In this document: piece by piece, positions 1 through 10,833 of the stretch
How positions within the stretch are numbered: the first letter of the stretch is position 1
Layout: each line of letters opens with the position of its first letter
From: Candidatus Anderseniibacteriota bacterium
Lineage (GTDB): Bacteria > Patescibacteriota > Andersenbacteria > UBA10190
Direction of reading: 5' to 3'
Assembly (NCBI GenBank): GCA_040900375.1
Contig: JBBDZC010000003.1
Span: 64,586 to 128,585, forward strand
DNA: 64,000 nt
Made by a program: the position numbers and the translations under genes
The notes under the pieces: model-generated
Told to the model about the DNA's origin: nothing
The model's input: only the letters and a program-made list of their open reading frames with translations
The model's database searches: none

Positions 1-1038
1 AGCCAATAACTGCTCTATATCATGCGCAAAACCAGCTGTGTCACTCGGGCTACGGAGTAGAGCAGCCCGACCCACCACCTCTGGGAGAGCCGTCGTGTTA
101 GCAGTCAGTACCGGTGTTCCCGCGGCGAGCGCCTCAAGTGGTGGCAGACCGAATCCTTCAAAACGCGAGGGATACAGTAACATGGCTGCCAAATTATATA
201 ATTCATTCAGTTTGGCACTCGTCACCTGACCCACAAAACGAACTTTTTCCTGAATCCCTAAACGATCTATCTCCTGAAGTAATGCGGCCCGGCCGCTCGC
301 TACCCCCGGCTCACCAACTTTTAAGAAAACCAGCTCTGGTCGGTGAGCTGCGACCTGCGCAAAAGCTCGCACTGCCGTAACGACATTCTTACGGGGGTGA
401 TCAGAACCAACATACAAGACAACAAGGTTACTGGCTCTAATCTTTAATTCCTGCTGGAGCGTCAAGTAACCGACGGTTTGCTTAAAATCAGGTATTACAT
501 GGAATTCCTCACCCACGCCATTGGGAATAACCGAGATTTTCGCCGCGGATATCCCATAGTACTGCTGCAGTGTCGAAGAAGTATACTTCGAGACGGTGAT
601 AATATGTCGCGCGCGGCGAATACCACTGTACAAGTAACGCGCGGCTAGACCACTTAGTGGCGTCTGGGGCTCTAAGAGTTCAATAATGTCATGCACTGTC
701 ACCACCGCCGGCACGGCCCGCTCGAGTACGAAACTCAATGTTTGATTAGTGGCGTGCCAGAGTTGATGATGCGAGACTGTTGTAAGAAAATACCGTACTT
801 TACGCCCGAGGCGAATCCAGGTAATAGTTTTTGCGCCTAATGGACCAGGCAAGTGATACAAGGGAAACATAGTAGTGTCACCGCGCCGCACTACGCCCTG
901 GTTGCCATCAATATTAAATTCAATCAGCGGCACCTCCAATTCCTGCAGGGCTTCTTTGACTTTCAGGGCCCGCTGACCCACGCCGGAATTGATACCGGCA
1001 TTGGTGATATAGGCGACACTGGGTAGTGTATGAGGCAT
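1..1038 (-). CDS. GT4 family glycosyltransferase, 3'-truncated by the window edge (not in the ORF track)
   Basis: Manual translation from ATG 1038 gives MPHTLPSVAYITNAG...VVTVHDIIELL...LYPSRFEGFGLPPLEALAAGTPVLTANTTALPEVVG, a GT4 EX7E motif. Confidence 0.9.
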   Translation of the reverse strand, partial: MPHTLPSVAYITNAGINSGVGQRALKVKEALQELEVPLIEFNIDGNQGVVRRGDTTMFPLYHLPGPLGAKTITWIRLGRKVRYFLTTVSHHQLWHATNQTLSFVLERAVPAVVTVHDIIELLEPQTPLSGLAARYLYSGIRRARHIITVSKYTSSTLQQYYGISAAKISVIPNGVGEEFHVIPDFKQTVGYLTLQQELKIRASNLVVLYVGSDHPRKNVVTAVRAFAQVAAHRPELVFLKVGEPGVASGRAALLQEIDRLGIQEKVRFVGQVTSAKLNELYNLAAMLLYPSRFEGFGLPPLEALAAGTPVLTANTTALPEVVGRAALLRSPSDTAGFAHDIEQLLA

Positions 1039-1041
1039 AAC

Positions 1042-2175
1042 TCAAACTAAAGACGCATACACTGCTCGAGTAGTCTCTGCCACCTGTGCCCAGGAAAATC
1101 CTTGTACGTGCATCTGCCCCGCTTGCCGCAGCGCTATTTTTTTCTGCTCGTCCTGGGCAAGGGCTTTTATGGCCTGTGACAGCCGGGACTGAAAATCTCT
1201 GTCACCAGTCCGCTTGGCTATTACCCCTACCCCAAAAGGTACAACAATTCCCGCTCTCCCGACCACTTCAGGCAAAGCGCCGCCATCACTCACAATTATA
1301 GGAGTACCGCAGGCCATCGCCTCTAACGGCGGGAGTCCCCACCCCTCGTAAACTGACGGCCAAACAAAGAGATCAGCCCCAGAATAGAGCGTCGGCAAAT
1401 TCAGGGGCGATACCATCTCAAGAATCTTGATTCGGGCGGCTACCACCGACCTACTTTTTGCGCGCAGTACTGCCTCATATCCTCGGCCGCGCTTGCCCGC
1501 GATTACTAAATCATGAGGCACAGTGGCGGCAATTGCGGAAAAGGCCGCAATCAGCGCCGGAATATTTTTACGAGGTTCAAGCGTACCCACAAAGAGAATG
1601 TAGGGATTAAGTAACTGCGTCGCCTGCCGGAACTGCTGGATAGCTGCTTCTCCGGCGCGGGTAAATTGCTGCTGATTTACGGCCAGGGGCGTCACGGTGA
1701 TTTTCTCCAGTGGCACCTGTAAATGATTACTAATATCGCGCTTACTGCTGTCTGATATCGTAATAATGTGATCACTCGTGCGGGCGGCGTGAACAAGCGT
1801 AAGCGGCCAGTACCATCGTCGAGTTAGCCTCTGTGACTGCGGAAACAACAGGGGAATAACATCATAGATAGTTACCACCGTCGGCGCAATCTTCTTGAGC
1901 GGCACCGCTGCTTTAGTAAAGTGAACGACATCAGGACGTAGACGCCGCAGGGCCCAAGGCACCTGCCACCACAACCACAGCAGAAGCAACGCTTCATGGG
2001 ACAACGGTACCGTTAACTCACGCATATGGGTAAACGTGCCTTCGTGGCGGGCGTTATCATAGATCACGCTATAGGTAGCGGCCGAATCCCGTGAGAGTTC
2101 CCGCAATAATTCCCTGGTATACGTCTTAATCCCCATCGAGGCAGACAGCGAGCGCGCTTCAATTGCGATATGCAT
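1042..2175 (-). CDS. GT4 family glycosyltransferase (mannosyltransferase-like)
   Basis: VVTIYDVIP, FVGTLEPRKN, PSVYEGWGLPPLEAMACG. Start set at MHIAIEARS (2175) rather than the ORF-track 2223. Confidence 0.92.
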   Translation of the reverse strand: MHIAIEARSLSASMGIKTYTRELLRELSRDSAATYSVIYDNARHEGTFTHMRELTVPLSHEALLLLWLWWQVPWALRRLRPDVVHFTKAAVPLKKIAPTVVTIYDVIPLLFPQSQRLTRRWYWPLTLVHAARTSDHIITISDSSKRDISNHLQVPLEKITVTPLAVNQQQFTRAGEAAIQQFRQATQLLNPYILFVGTLEPRKNIPALIAAFSAIAATVPHDLVIAGKRGRGYEAVLRAKSRSVVAARIKILEMVSPLNLPTLYSGADLFVWPSVYEGWGLPPLEAMACGTPIIVSDGGALPEVVGRAGIVVPFGVGVIAKRTGDRDFQSRLSQAIKALAQDEQKKIALRQAGQMHVQGFSWAQVAETTRAVYASLV

Positions 2176-2176
2176 A

Positions 2177-3319
2177 TCAGTGTTTCTGGCTAGTAAGTAA
2201 CACCTGTTCGAATTTCTGAGCAATGGTATCCCAATAAAATTCTTTCACCTTTTGCCGGTTATTGTCAGCCAGCTGCCGGCAAAGAGTTTTATTCTCTAAA
2301 AGCGTGGTTACCGCGCCCTGCAACTGTCGTGGATCATTCGGCGGCACCAGTAGGGCGTTTTCATTATGGCGCAAAAAATCAGTTTGCCCGCCGCTATTTG
2401 TGGCCACAATAGGCAACCCAGCTGCCATTGCCTCGAGAAAGACAATCCCAAAGCCTTCATGAGTAGCGCCCGATACATACCCGTCAGCTACCCCCAGTAC
2501 CTGCATTTTTCGTTCTTCACTTAAAAAACCGGTAAGGTGCACGCGATTCTCAAGCTGTAATTCTTTAAGCAATGCTGACAATTGAGGCGCTAGCGGCCCG
2601 CTACCAATAATTACCAAGTGAGCGCGGGGAATATGTTGCCAAGCACGAATAAGGGCAACGTAGCCTTTACGAGGAATCAGCCGCCCGATAGAAACAAAAA
2701 GAGGTACGCCTTCCGGCAAAGCTAACTCTGCTCGTGAATACCTGGGTATAACTTGCGGCATAAGCCCTAGGGGAGTGACGGTAATCGGTAGAGTAACACC
2801 GTGCAGTTGCTGGGCCCGCCGCTTGGTGTCGTGAGAGATAGCCGTCCCCTGAACCGCTTGCCGAGAAATAAGGCGAATGATCTGCCGCAACAACCAAGAG
2901 CGATGAGGAGACAGATGCTTGGAAGGATCATACACATCACCACCGATAAAACTGACCACCAGGGGGATATGGTAGAGCCGCGATAAGAACGCTGCCGGTA
3001 TCCCCGAAGGAATGACAAATTGGGCGTTAATCACATCAAACTGCTGCTGGCGTAACAGTCGCCAGCCGCCGAAAATTGCCGCCGGCACAAAAGAGAGCAG
3101 GGAAAGTAGTGAAGCAGTTGGTAGCCTCCGACGACCGATGACACGCACCCGGGTAATACTCACTCCCCGACTGACCTCCTGGCGTGGCAATCCCGGATAC
3201 CAGGTGGTCAAAATAGATACTTGGTGGGATTGGGCTAAAATCTCGGCTAAGTGCCGCGTCGCTACCCCACCCCCGCCGCCCAATGGTGGGTACTCAAAAT
3301 TAATAATCAGAATCCTCAT
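2177..3319 (-). CDS. GT4 family glycosyltransferase
   Basis: MRILIINFEYPPLGGGGG, GRLIPRKG, HEGFGIVFLEAMAAG. Similar to 58787..59929. Confidence 0.93.
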   Translation of the reverse strand: MRILIINFEYPPLGGGGGVATRHLAEILAQSHQVSILTTWYPGLPRQEVSRGVSITRVRVIGRRRLPTASLLSLLSFVPAAIFGGWRLLRQQQFDVINAQFVIPSGIPAAFLSRLYHIPLVVSFIGGDVYDPSKHLSPHRSWLLRQIIRLISRQAVQGTAISHDTKRRAQQLHGVTLPITVTPLGLMPQVIPRYSRAELALPEGVPLFVSIGRLIPRKGYVALIRAWQHIPRAHLVIIGSGPLAPQLSALLKELQLENRVHLTGFLSEERKMQVLGVADGYVSGATHEGFGIVFLEAMAAGLPIVATNSGGQTDFLRHNENALLVPPNDPRQLQGAVTTLLENKTLCRQLADNNRQKVKEFYWDTIAQKFEQVLLTSQKH

Positions 3320-3325
3320 AGCCGT

Positions 3326-5425
3326 CTAGGGTGTACTCAAGGCCGGATTTTGTAAAATTAATTTCTCTGGTTTGAGATTAGCAAAGCCAAGCGTAGTCTT
3401 ACCGGGAGGAACAGTAAAATGGACCTCGACTGCCACGGGTGTACCACTTCCTTGAGCCTGCCACATCACTTCTCCTGCTTGGGTAATCTGTAATTGACGA
3501 TGAGATTGGGATCCAAAACTAAAGGCCAGCGTTATTGAACGAGCTTGCGAGTGAGTATTAGTAACAATCACTTCTGCTGGCTGGGTAATTTCCGCAAAGG
3601 TGGCCTGACGGGCAGCATCATAAGCATAGCCCCATCCCTCTCCGCGCTGCATAAAAATCCCGTCACTTGGTGGTAAAGATGATTCAGGGGTCGTATACAA
3701 GACCGCATCATCGAAGGACTGCGGAACAAGTCTTAACTGTTGCTCTAAAAATTCACGGAGAATAGTTGCCTGATGAGGAGTAACAGAATCAAGATGGAGA
3801 ATAATCGCGGCCACCTTCTGGGCACGCAGCCCATCGGCTGCGGTCTCTACCATATCCTGGCCAAAGAACTCGCTCCGGCCTAAGGCCAGGTGATTAGTGC
3901 GGAGGTAGAGTAATTGGCGCAGTGCCGGCAGGGAACGAGCCTCATCCAAAACAGCTGGTGTCTCTCCCCGCTCTAGGGCGATGTTGCCCATAACTGTCTT
4001 GCCGTGGAAAAGGCTGGCATACAGCGCCCGCGAGGCGGTGACATAATTGGTGGCAGCGGGAATTTCAATGATTACTTCTCCTGGTAGCGATCGTACTGAT
4101 GCATACACAGGACTGACGGTCACGGCCTGCAATGGAATGGGCACGGCTAAAAACTCAAGAAGAATAGCGGCGGCTACGACTGCGACTAAGCTTTGTCGTT
4201 TAAATTGGGTCGCCACGACCAAGGCTACGAGCACGCTTAAAGATAAGCCCACCATTACACTAGCCCGGGCGACTGTTCTCACCGCGCTCACTACCGGCAA
4301 GCGATCAATCAAGGCAAATGGCAGTGGTAAAGGGGTAATAATGCCCATAAGGTGCAACCGGGGACCAAGACTTATAATGCCAAATACAAGGGCAGTAGTT
4401 ACCCAAAAATATTTTTGATTCCTTGGTAACTGCTGATGAAAAAACAAGAACAAGAGCAGCGGAACAATCCCCAGGAAATGGGTCGCTTCGGCAACGTTCC
4501 CCGTAAAATATTGCGCAAAGTAGGTGGCTACGAGTCCTCCCCAGAGAGGGTGAAATACCGCGGGAATAATATAGGCAAAAGGATCGGCAGAAAAACGTAT
4601 TGTCTGCTCTTGGCCTAATACCAGCGCTTCATCAGTAGAGGCCGCCAGTCGAATGGTTGGCCAGTTTGATACAAGCACCACAGTTACCGCCACTAACAAA
4701 ATAACCACTCCTCCCCAAAAACGAGCAGGAGATTGAGTGAGGTGGCGTGTAAAAGTTCTGCGGTACCACATTACAAAGATAACGGTAAATAGTCCTACCC
4801 ACAGCGCGTAGTGATGTTCAGTCCACACTTGAATCACCAGTAACAACGCTAACCAAAAACAATCGCGCCAGCGCCACCGATCGCGCAGACGATGGAGTAC
4901 CAGGAGGAAAAGCGGCAGCCACTGCAGTTGCAGCGCGCCAAAATGTCCAAGCGCATGAGCAAAATGGTAAGGCAAGAACATGTACACCATCCCCCCTAGG
5001 AGTGCGGCACTCTCTCCAAGCAAGGCTGGCGGCCGCGAGGGAAGTTGGTGAATTAAATATCGGCAGAGCGCGTACATGCCCCAGCCTGAAATGATAAACG
5101 ATAGCAGCCAGACAAGATTATAAGTTAGCGGCTGGCCAAATAATGGTTGTAGCCACAGCCATGGCCAAACGGAAAGATTAACCAGTCGCGGCGACCCCCC
5201 TCCCAAGAATTCCTGAATCACATATTCTCCCCACTCTCCAGCCGCCGCTCTATCTAGATGCTCGGCGGTCGCCATAAACCGCCACATCGTTTGCCAAGGG
5301 TCCCCACCGATACCTGCAACATGGGTAGTAAAACTAGCCGCAACAGGCCAAGTCATTATAAGACTTATGGCTGTATACAGCGCTAATGTTAGCGCATGGG
5401 TAAGAGCGTTTTTCATTGACACCAA
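3326..5425 (-). CDS. Polytopic membrane protein, putative GT-C glycosyltransferase
   Basis: Many hydrophobic helices, GGDPWQ acidic motif in the first loop, soluble C-terminal domain. Confidence 0.7.
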   Translation of the reverse strand: MVSMKNALTHALTLALYTAISLIMTWPVAASFTTHVAGIGGDPWQTMWRFMATAEHLDRAAAGEWGEYVIQEFLGGGSPRLVNLSVWPWLWLQPLFGQPLTYNLVWLLSFIISGWGMYALCRYLIHQLPSRPPALLGESAALLGGMVYMFLPYHFAHALGHFGALQLQWLPLFLLVLHRLRDRWRWRDCFWLALLLVIQVWTEHHYALWVGLFTVIFVMWYRRTFTRHLTQSPARFWGGVVILLVAVTVVLVSNWPTIRLAASTDEALVLGQEQTIRFSADPFAYIIPAVFHPLWGGLVATYFAQYFTGNVAEATHFLGIVPLLLFLFFHQQLPRNQKYFWVTTALVFGIISLGPRLHLMGIITPLPLPFALIDRLPVVSAVRTVARASVMVGLSLSVLVALVVATQFKRQSLVAVVAAAILLEFLAVPIPLQAVTVSPVYASVRSLPGEVIIEIPAATNYVTASRALYASLFHGKTVMGNIALERGETPAVLDEARSLPALRQLLYLRTNHLALGRSEFFGQDMVETAADGLRAQKVAAIILHLDSVTPHQATILREFLEQQLRLVPQSFDDAVLYTTPESSLPPSDGIFMQRGEGWGYAYDAARQATFAEITQPAEVIVTNTHSQARSITLAFSFGSQSHRQLQITQAGEVMWQAQGSGTPVAVEVHFTVPPGKTTLGFANLKPEKLILQNPALSTP

Positions 5426-5434
5426 TTCTACTCT

Positions 5435-6421
5435 TTAAGCTCGTGCACGAACAACTTTTAGAGATTGCCGTTCAGCTGCCACCATGATGTAAATAATTTC
5501 CTCTAGCGTATGCTTTGATTGAAAACCAATTGCCCGATAGACCTTATCGATATTAGGTTGGCGGCGTGCGGCATCATCAAATCCAGACTTATATGCTTCA
5601 GTGTAGGGAATATACTCTTTAACACTAGTACTTTCTGTGGCAGCAATTACGCGATCGGCCAGCTCGTTTATCGTCACCTGCTCTGGGTTGCCAACGTTAT
5701 ACACTTGTCCGACTGTCTTACTGCTCTCCATTAGGCGTTCAAGCGCCCACACGACATCTCGTACATATCCAAAACACCGTGACTGCTCACCATTACCATG
5801 GATAGTTAGCGGCTCATTGCGGAGTGCCTGACGAATAAACGTCGGTAGCACCATGCCGTATTTACTTGTTTGCCGCTCTCCAACCGTATTAAAAAGCCTC
5901 ACAATAGTTACAGGCAGTTGGTACTCGTGGTAATACGCGAATGCTAGATATTCATCAAGAGCCTTTGAGCAGGCATACGACCAACGGCTTTTAATAGTCT
6001 CGCCCATGCGTAAGTCATCATCCTCGCGTGAAGGCGTGTCGCTGCTTTTGCCGTACACCTCTGAGGTAGATGTAAGTAAAACTTTTTTTCCCGCTCGGCT
6101 CGCCACTTTGAGTACCGCTTCCGTCCCAGCAATGTTGTTATGGATAGAGGCCACTAAGTTGTCCATAATATGTTTGACACCAACAGAAGCTGCCAGATGA
6201 TAAACTTGCTCAACATTGTTCATCACCGGTTCGAGCATAGCCTCATCGCGCACATCACCTTCAATTATATGAAGGTGCTCCACGTGTAGATGGGCAAGAT
6301 TCTCTCTTGAGCCAGTCGAGAAGTTATCAACTACCCACACCTCGTGTCCTTTTTGAAGCAGCTGTTCCGTTACATGTGAGCCAATAAACCCAGCTCCGCC
6401 AGTGATAAGTATGCGTTTCAT
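5435..6421 (-). CDS. NAD-dependent nucleotide-sugar epimerase/dehydratase (extended SDR)
   Basis: ITGGAGFIG, TSTSEVYG, YACSK (YxxxK), RLFNTVG. Confidence 0.93.
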   Translation of the reverse strand: MKRILITGGAGFIGSHVTEQLLQKGHEVWVVDNFSTGSRENLAHLHVEHLHIIEGDVRDEAMLEPVMNNVEQVYHLAASVGVKHIMDNLVASIHNNIAGTEAVLKVASRAGKKVLLTSTSEVYGKSSDTPSREDDDLRMGETIKSRWSYACSKALDEYLAFAYYHEYQLPVTIVRLFNTVGERQTSKYGMVLPTFIRQALRNEPLTIHGNGEQSRCFGYVRDVVWALERLMESSKTVGQVYNVGNPEQVTINELADRVIAATESTSVKEYIPYTEAYKSGFDDAARRQPNIDKVYRAIGFQSKHTLEEIIYIMVAAERQSLKVVRARA

Positions 6422-6795
6422 TACTTCTTTTGCCGCTTTAATTCTTCCTTGAGTATAGCATGCTCTTGGGCAAGGTCGCGGATACGCTTATCATACCCGG
6501 TAAGCAGTATCGAAAAATGGATAGCTAGAAGGAAAAGGCCACCAATCAGTATCAGAAAGAGGGCGGTCGGCGAATAATCAATACCCGCCAAGTCGGCTAG
6601 TATCTCAAGCAGGCGAGCAAATATTGATAGAACAACAAGCGACAGCCCAAGCAAGATCCAAATAATAGAGTATCCCTCTTTTAAGTAACCACGGCGGATG
6701 AGATGCACGATAATGAGCAGTAATAATCCACTAAAGAGTATCGACAGTACTTGTACTCGTAATGGAATAACATCAAAAATGAGATAATTAATCAT
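6421..6795 (-). CDS. DUF2304-type small membrane protein (GacJ/Rv3632-like partner of a GT2)
   Basis: 124 aa, about 3 TM helices, LKEGYSIIW, GIDYSP, C-terminal IRDLAQEHAIL. Directly follows a DPM1-like GT2. Confidence 0.8.
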   Translation of the reverse strand: MINYLIFDVIPLRVQVLSILFSGLLLLIIVHLIRRGYLKEGYSIIWILLGLSLVVLSIFARLLEILADLAGIDYSPTALFLILIGGLFLLAIHFSILLTGYDKRIRDLAQEHAILKEELKRQKK

Positions 6796-6797
6796 AA

Positions 6798-7520
6798 TTA
6801 CCGTGAAGGTGCTTTAAAGCCGCTCATCACAATCGCAATGGCGTTTGAAATGAGAAAATATGCAGCTCGGAATCCGAGATCTTTCCCTAAAGAGGATTGA
6901 CCAGATAAACGATTAACCATTACGACCATTACTTCTTTTAATCGAAAACCATTGCGCAACATAGTTACAATTGATTCCGGTTCAGGGAAATCAGAAGGAT
7001 AGTGCCGAGCCACAAATTCTAAGGCTAATCGGTTATACGCCCGATAGCCAGAGGTGGAATCATACACTCGCTTATTTGTTACAATTCCAATTAGCCAAGC
7101 AAAAAGGCGTATGCCAAACAGGCGCAAAAAAGAAGCTTTATATCCAATGGGTTTCAAAAATCGGCTACCGATTACCATGTCCACCTCCCCATCCTCCAGC
7201 ACCCTCAGAAGGTCTGGAATGAATTGGGGGTCATGCTGGCCATCGGCATCCACCTGCATAGCAATTTCGTATCCATAGCGATACGCATATTTAAACCCAG
7301 TTTGCATAGCGCCTCCAATCCCTAAATTAATAGGCAAATCAAGTACCGGCACCCCTTTGAGCTCCGCCACCTTTCGCGTACCATCAGAAGAGGCATCGTT
7401 TACGACGACTAGTTGGGCAGCTGGAACAAAATAACGGATGTTATCAATAACTGTGCCTATTGAGCCCTCTTCGTTATAGGCAGGGATAATAACACAGACT
7501 TTTTTGTATTGTGTATTCAT
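6798..7520 (-). CDS. GT2 polyprenyl-phosphate glycosyltransferase (DPM1/GacI-like)
   Basis: IIPAYNEE, VNDASSDGT, VDADGQHDP, IGSRF, DSTSGYR. Confidence 0.92.
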   Translation of the reverse strand: MNTQYKKVCVIIPAYNEEGSIGTVIDNIRYFVPAAQLVVVNDASSDGTRKVAELKGVPVLDLPINLGIGGAMQTGFKYAYRYGYEIAMQVDADGQHDPQFIPDLLRVLEDGEVDMVIGSRFLKPIGYKASFLRLFGIRLFAWLIGIVTNKRVYDSTSGYRAYNRLALEFVARHYPSDFPEPESIVTMLRNGFRLKEVMVVMVNRLSGQSSLGKDLGFRAAYFLISNAIAIVMSGFKAPSR

Positions 7521-7550
7521 GGCATCATACTAGGTTAAACAGCTAATTAT

Positions 7551-8714
7551 ATGCAGAAAAGCCCGCAAAAGGAAATCGCAAGCAGGCAGCAGATACTTGT
7601 TTTTTGCCCTCTCTACCCGCCGCACATTGGCGGTCTCGAAAGCCATGCCGAGCAGTGGAACGAAGAAATGGCTCGGACCGGCTACTCAATTACTGTCTGG
7701 ACGCCGCATATCGCAGGCGGAGCAACGCAGGAAGAAAAGAATGGGGTAAACATATTCCGTTTTCCTGCGTGGGAACTCATCGCCAATTATCCCGTCCCTA
7801 AATTCTGGCACCCGCTGTTTTGGCGCCAGTGGCGCGAAATAGCCACTACCCTAAAAGCTAGGCCAATAATCGTTTCCCGCACGCGTTTTTTCCTAACCTC
7901 GCTGATGGCGCTTACATTTGCAAAAGTGTCAAAAAAGCATTGGCTGCACATTGAACACGGTTCGGATTTTGTGCAGCTTACCAATCGGCTGCCGCGCACA
8001 TTAGCACGGCTGTACGACTACACCTTTGGCCGGCTTGTCCTGCGACAGGCAGATGCTGTCGTAGCAAACTCTAAGGCATCCGCCGCATTTGTTCAGCAGC
8101 TCTCCGGCCGCAGCGTCGATGCTGTTGTATATCGTGGCATTAATGGCAAAGAGATAGCAAAAATACCAGCAGCAGCAAAACTACCCGTGCCCACAATCAC
8201 GTACGTTGGTCGGCTTATTAGCAGTAAGGGAGTGCAAGACCTTATAACTGCTCTGCCCATGATCAAAGAAAGCAAGTGGCATTGCTGGATAATTGGCGAT
8301 GGCCCGCAGCGCCCAGTGCTCGAACGGCAAGCTTGGGAGCTTGGCATTGCAGACCGGGTATCATTCCTCGGTGAAAAGCCTTGGGAGGAAACGATTGCTC
8401 ACATGAAAGCTTCACATATTATCGTTAACCCAAGCTACACCGAGGGGCTCCCCACGAGTGTGATTGAGGCCGTTATAGCTGGCATCCCCGTTATCGCCAC
8501 CGATGTTGGCGGAACTACCGAGGTTATTTCAAGCAAGCAAGATGGTATATTAGTACCTCCCCATAATATTTCTGCACTTTTAGAGGCGCTAAACCGGTTA
8601 CTTTCACACTCAATACGACAGGCGATCAAAGCGCCAGGTGCTAGAAATCTCGCTTCTGAGAGATTTTCCTGGCAATTTAATGCAGAGGCATACCAAAAAA
8701 TCATAAAAAACTAA
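7551..8714 (+). CDS. GT4 family glycosyltransferase
   Basis: YPPHIGGLE, YVGRLISSKG, PSYTEGLPTSVIEA. Confidence 0.92.
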   Translation: MQKSPQKEIASRQQILVFCPLYPPHIGGLESHAEQWNEEMARTGYSITVWTPHIAGGATQEEKNGVNIFRFPAWELIANYPVPKFWHPLFWRQWREIATTLKARPIIVSRTRFFLTSLMALTFAKVSKKHWLHIEHGSDFVQLTNRLPRTLARLYDYTFGRLVLRQADAVVANSKASAAFVQQLSGRSVDAVVYRGINGKEIAKIPAAAKLPVPTITYVGRLISSKGVQDLITALPMIKESKWHCWIIGDGPQRPVLERQAWELGIADRVSFLGEKPWEETIAHMKASHIIVNPSYTEGLPTSVIEAVIAGIPVIATDVGGTTEVISSKQDGILVPPHNISALLEALNRLLSHSIRQAIKAPGARNLASERFSWQFNAEAYQKIIKN

Positions 8715-8743
8715 TTACTAAACAAAGACCTTCCTAGATAGAT

Positions 8744-10831
8744 ATGTCACGGCTTCGTACGTTTCACCTCATGCGCACTGTATCCCACCGAAATTTTTTT
8801 CATAATGCAGCTTTCTTATTGCTCCTAAGCTTTGTATTTGGCTTTATTGACCAGTATGCCATTGCTCGCATCCTGCGCTCCTTTGCGGAACTTACTCTTA
8901 TATTTGTGCTGCCGTCTGCCGCTTTGGCACGCATCATTAACAAACACGGCAAGCTTAAATTAGATGCATGGGAAGAGTTAACTATCGCTTCAGCGATTGC
9001 ATTCCTTGTAATTCCCGCTGTCCTTTCGATTGCTATTGCAGTAGCGGGTGTCACGTACACTTTTTTACCGCATGCCATTGCCCTAACAGGGCTAGCGCTG
9101 TATTCATTTTTTGGCACAAAAGGAGGCTCGACACAGGACAAGTTACTGCCACCCCAAACATCTGTTTTTTGGCCCGTAGCTGGCATTCATGTGCTCACCG
9201 CGCTTGTTATGATAAGCGCTTACCCCACGCTTCCTGATCTTGACCCGTACTATTGGCTAGCTCGTACCCAAGAATTTAACTCCGATAATCGTATTGCCAT
9301 ATTGCCTGAACGACCTTTCTTTTTCTCATTTACCTATCTGTTTACTAAAGCCAGCCACGTTGACCCTTTCGCGTTCTTAAAGATAATCGTACCGTTTATC
9401 TCGCTAATGAATCTATTACCTGCTTGGTTGCTGGCTCGCACATATCATTCAAAAATTGCCCAGGCCGTAATCCTTACTCTTCCGCTCTTCGTTCCATCGA
9501 CAATTCAATACCAGCAACTGCCTATGCCGCAGGCTTTGCTTATATTAGCTTTTTATTTCTTCCTTTTTTGGCTTTTATACACAATACGGCGCAATCTATC
9601 CTGGCCATACTTTGCTGCCGGAGTAGCGATTGGATTAGCTTTTTTTTACCACGAAATTGCCGCACTGCCTTTCTTAATTTGGATCCTTATTACGCTCATC
9701 CACACGCGTCAGCAGTGGATATTATTCCTCAAAAAAAATAAGATTGTTGCCATTTTAGTATTACTGCTTGTAGGCACTAACCTAGCAGCTGTAGTGCCGC
9801 TTATAAATTTTGGTAAACGCTGGCTGCACACCCTTAATCCTTATCTCTCAACGCTCAACTTTAACTGGTATTTTCCTGCTCATTTCGTTAACTTCGATGG
9901 CAACAGTGTAGGCTGGTCCGGAGCTGACGGAGTCATTAAATACTATCTTTTTTATGTGGGACCTGTTGTGCTAGTTTTGCTGTTCACAGCGCTATATTGG
10001 ACTCTAAGTTACCCTACAACTGTAAAACATCAGTTCAAGAAAAAAGAAATACAAGTTATTGTAGTTTCTTTTTTAACTTTTTTTGCCATAAGTGAAATAT
10101 TGCCCCGCACTTTCAGTCTTGCATTACTCCCCGAAAGATCCTGGATATTTGCCGGTATTTTGGCGTCTGCTTCTGTTATACTCTTCTTTCATAGGTCTAA
10201 AGCGTTCGTGCCCCAATGCGTCTTACTCCTCTGCACAGTTAGTATTGGAGGCGCCCTCTACATTAATTCCCAGAAAAGATATATTGTCCCCCACTATCAA
10301 GTTGAGTCTGCTCTTTTGATTAACGAACATTTGCCGCCAGGACGCATACTTGTTTCTCGGGGCAATAGTAACCTCCTAACGTTTCACGCTCGTGCTACCA
10401 CTATTCTTACTCCTGCAAATTTCTACTGCGTACCATCAGCGCAGCGAGATCAAATATTGAACGATCGATTAACATTCCAATTAACCCGCGAAACCCAGCT
10501 GTATCCAACAGCCACTACAAATTTTATGAGTGATGTTACTGCGTATTTACAAAATTCAGCACAAATATCGATCGAAGAAATTAGCTCAATTGCCGAAAAA
10601 CATATACGGCCCTTGCTCAGCTACCAGCAAACTCTCGAGTTAGACCAGCTTAAGAAAAATATTTATATTTACTACTACCAAGATGATCCGCTTAACCCTC
10701 TTCGGAATCGTCCATATTATGTTAAAGCCGGTCAGTCACCATGTACCTACCATAATTTTGATTCAGACCCAGGCCTCGAAAAAATATATGATAACAACGG
10801 ACAGGTTCAGATTTGGCGATATAAGTCCTGA
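8744..10831 (+). CDS. Polytopic membrane protein, putative GT-C glycosyltransferase
   Basis: More than 12 hydrophobic segments, PDLDPYYW loop motif, PERSW, soluble C-terminal domain. Start may be 8771. Confidence 0.65.
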   Translation: MSRLRTFHLMRTVSHRNFFHNAAFLLLLSFVFGFIDQYAIARILRSFAELTLIFVLPSAALARIINKHGKLKLDAWEELTIASAIAFLVIPAVLSIAIAVAGVTYTFLPHAIALTGLALYSFFGTKGGSTQDKLLPPQTSVFWPVAGIHVLTALVMISAYPTLPDLDPYYWLARTQEFNSDNRIAILPERPFFFSFTYLFTKASHVDPFAFLKIIVPFISLMNLLPAWLLARTYHSKIAQAVILTLPLFVPSTIQYQQLPMPQALLILAFYFFLFWLLYTIRRNLSWPYFAAGVAIGLAFFYHEIAALPFLIWILITLIHTRQQWILFLKKNKIVAILVLLLVGTNLAAVVPLINFGKRWLHTLNPYLSTLNFNWYFPAHFVNFDGNSVGWSGADGVIKYYLFYVGPVVLVLLFTALYWTLSYPTTVKHQFKKKEIQVIVVSFLTFFAISEILPRTFSLALLPERSWIFAGILASASVILFFHRSKAFVPQCVLLLCTVSIGGALYINSQKRYIVPHYQVESALLINEHLPPGRILVSRGNSNLLTFHARATTILTPANFYCVPSAQRDQILNDRLTFQLTRETQLYPTATTNFMSDVTAYLQNSAQISIEEISSIAEKHIRPLLSYQQTLELDQLKKNIYIYYYQDDPLNPLRNRPYYVKAGQSPCTYHNFDSDPGLEKIYDNNGQVQIWRYKS

Positions 10832-10833
10832 GT

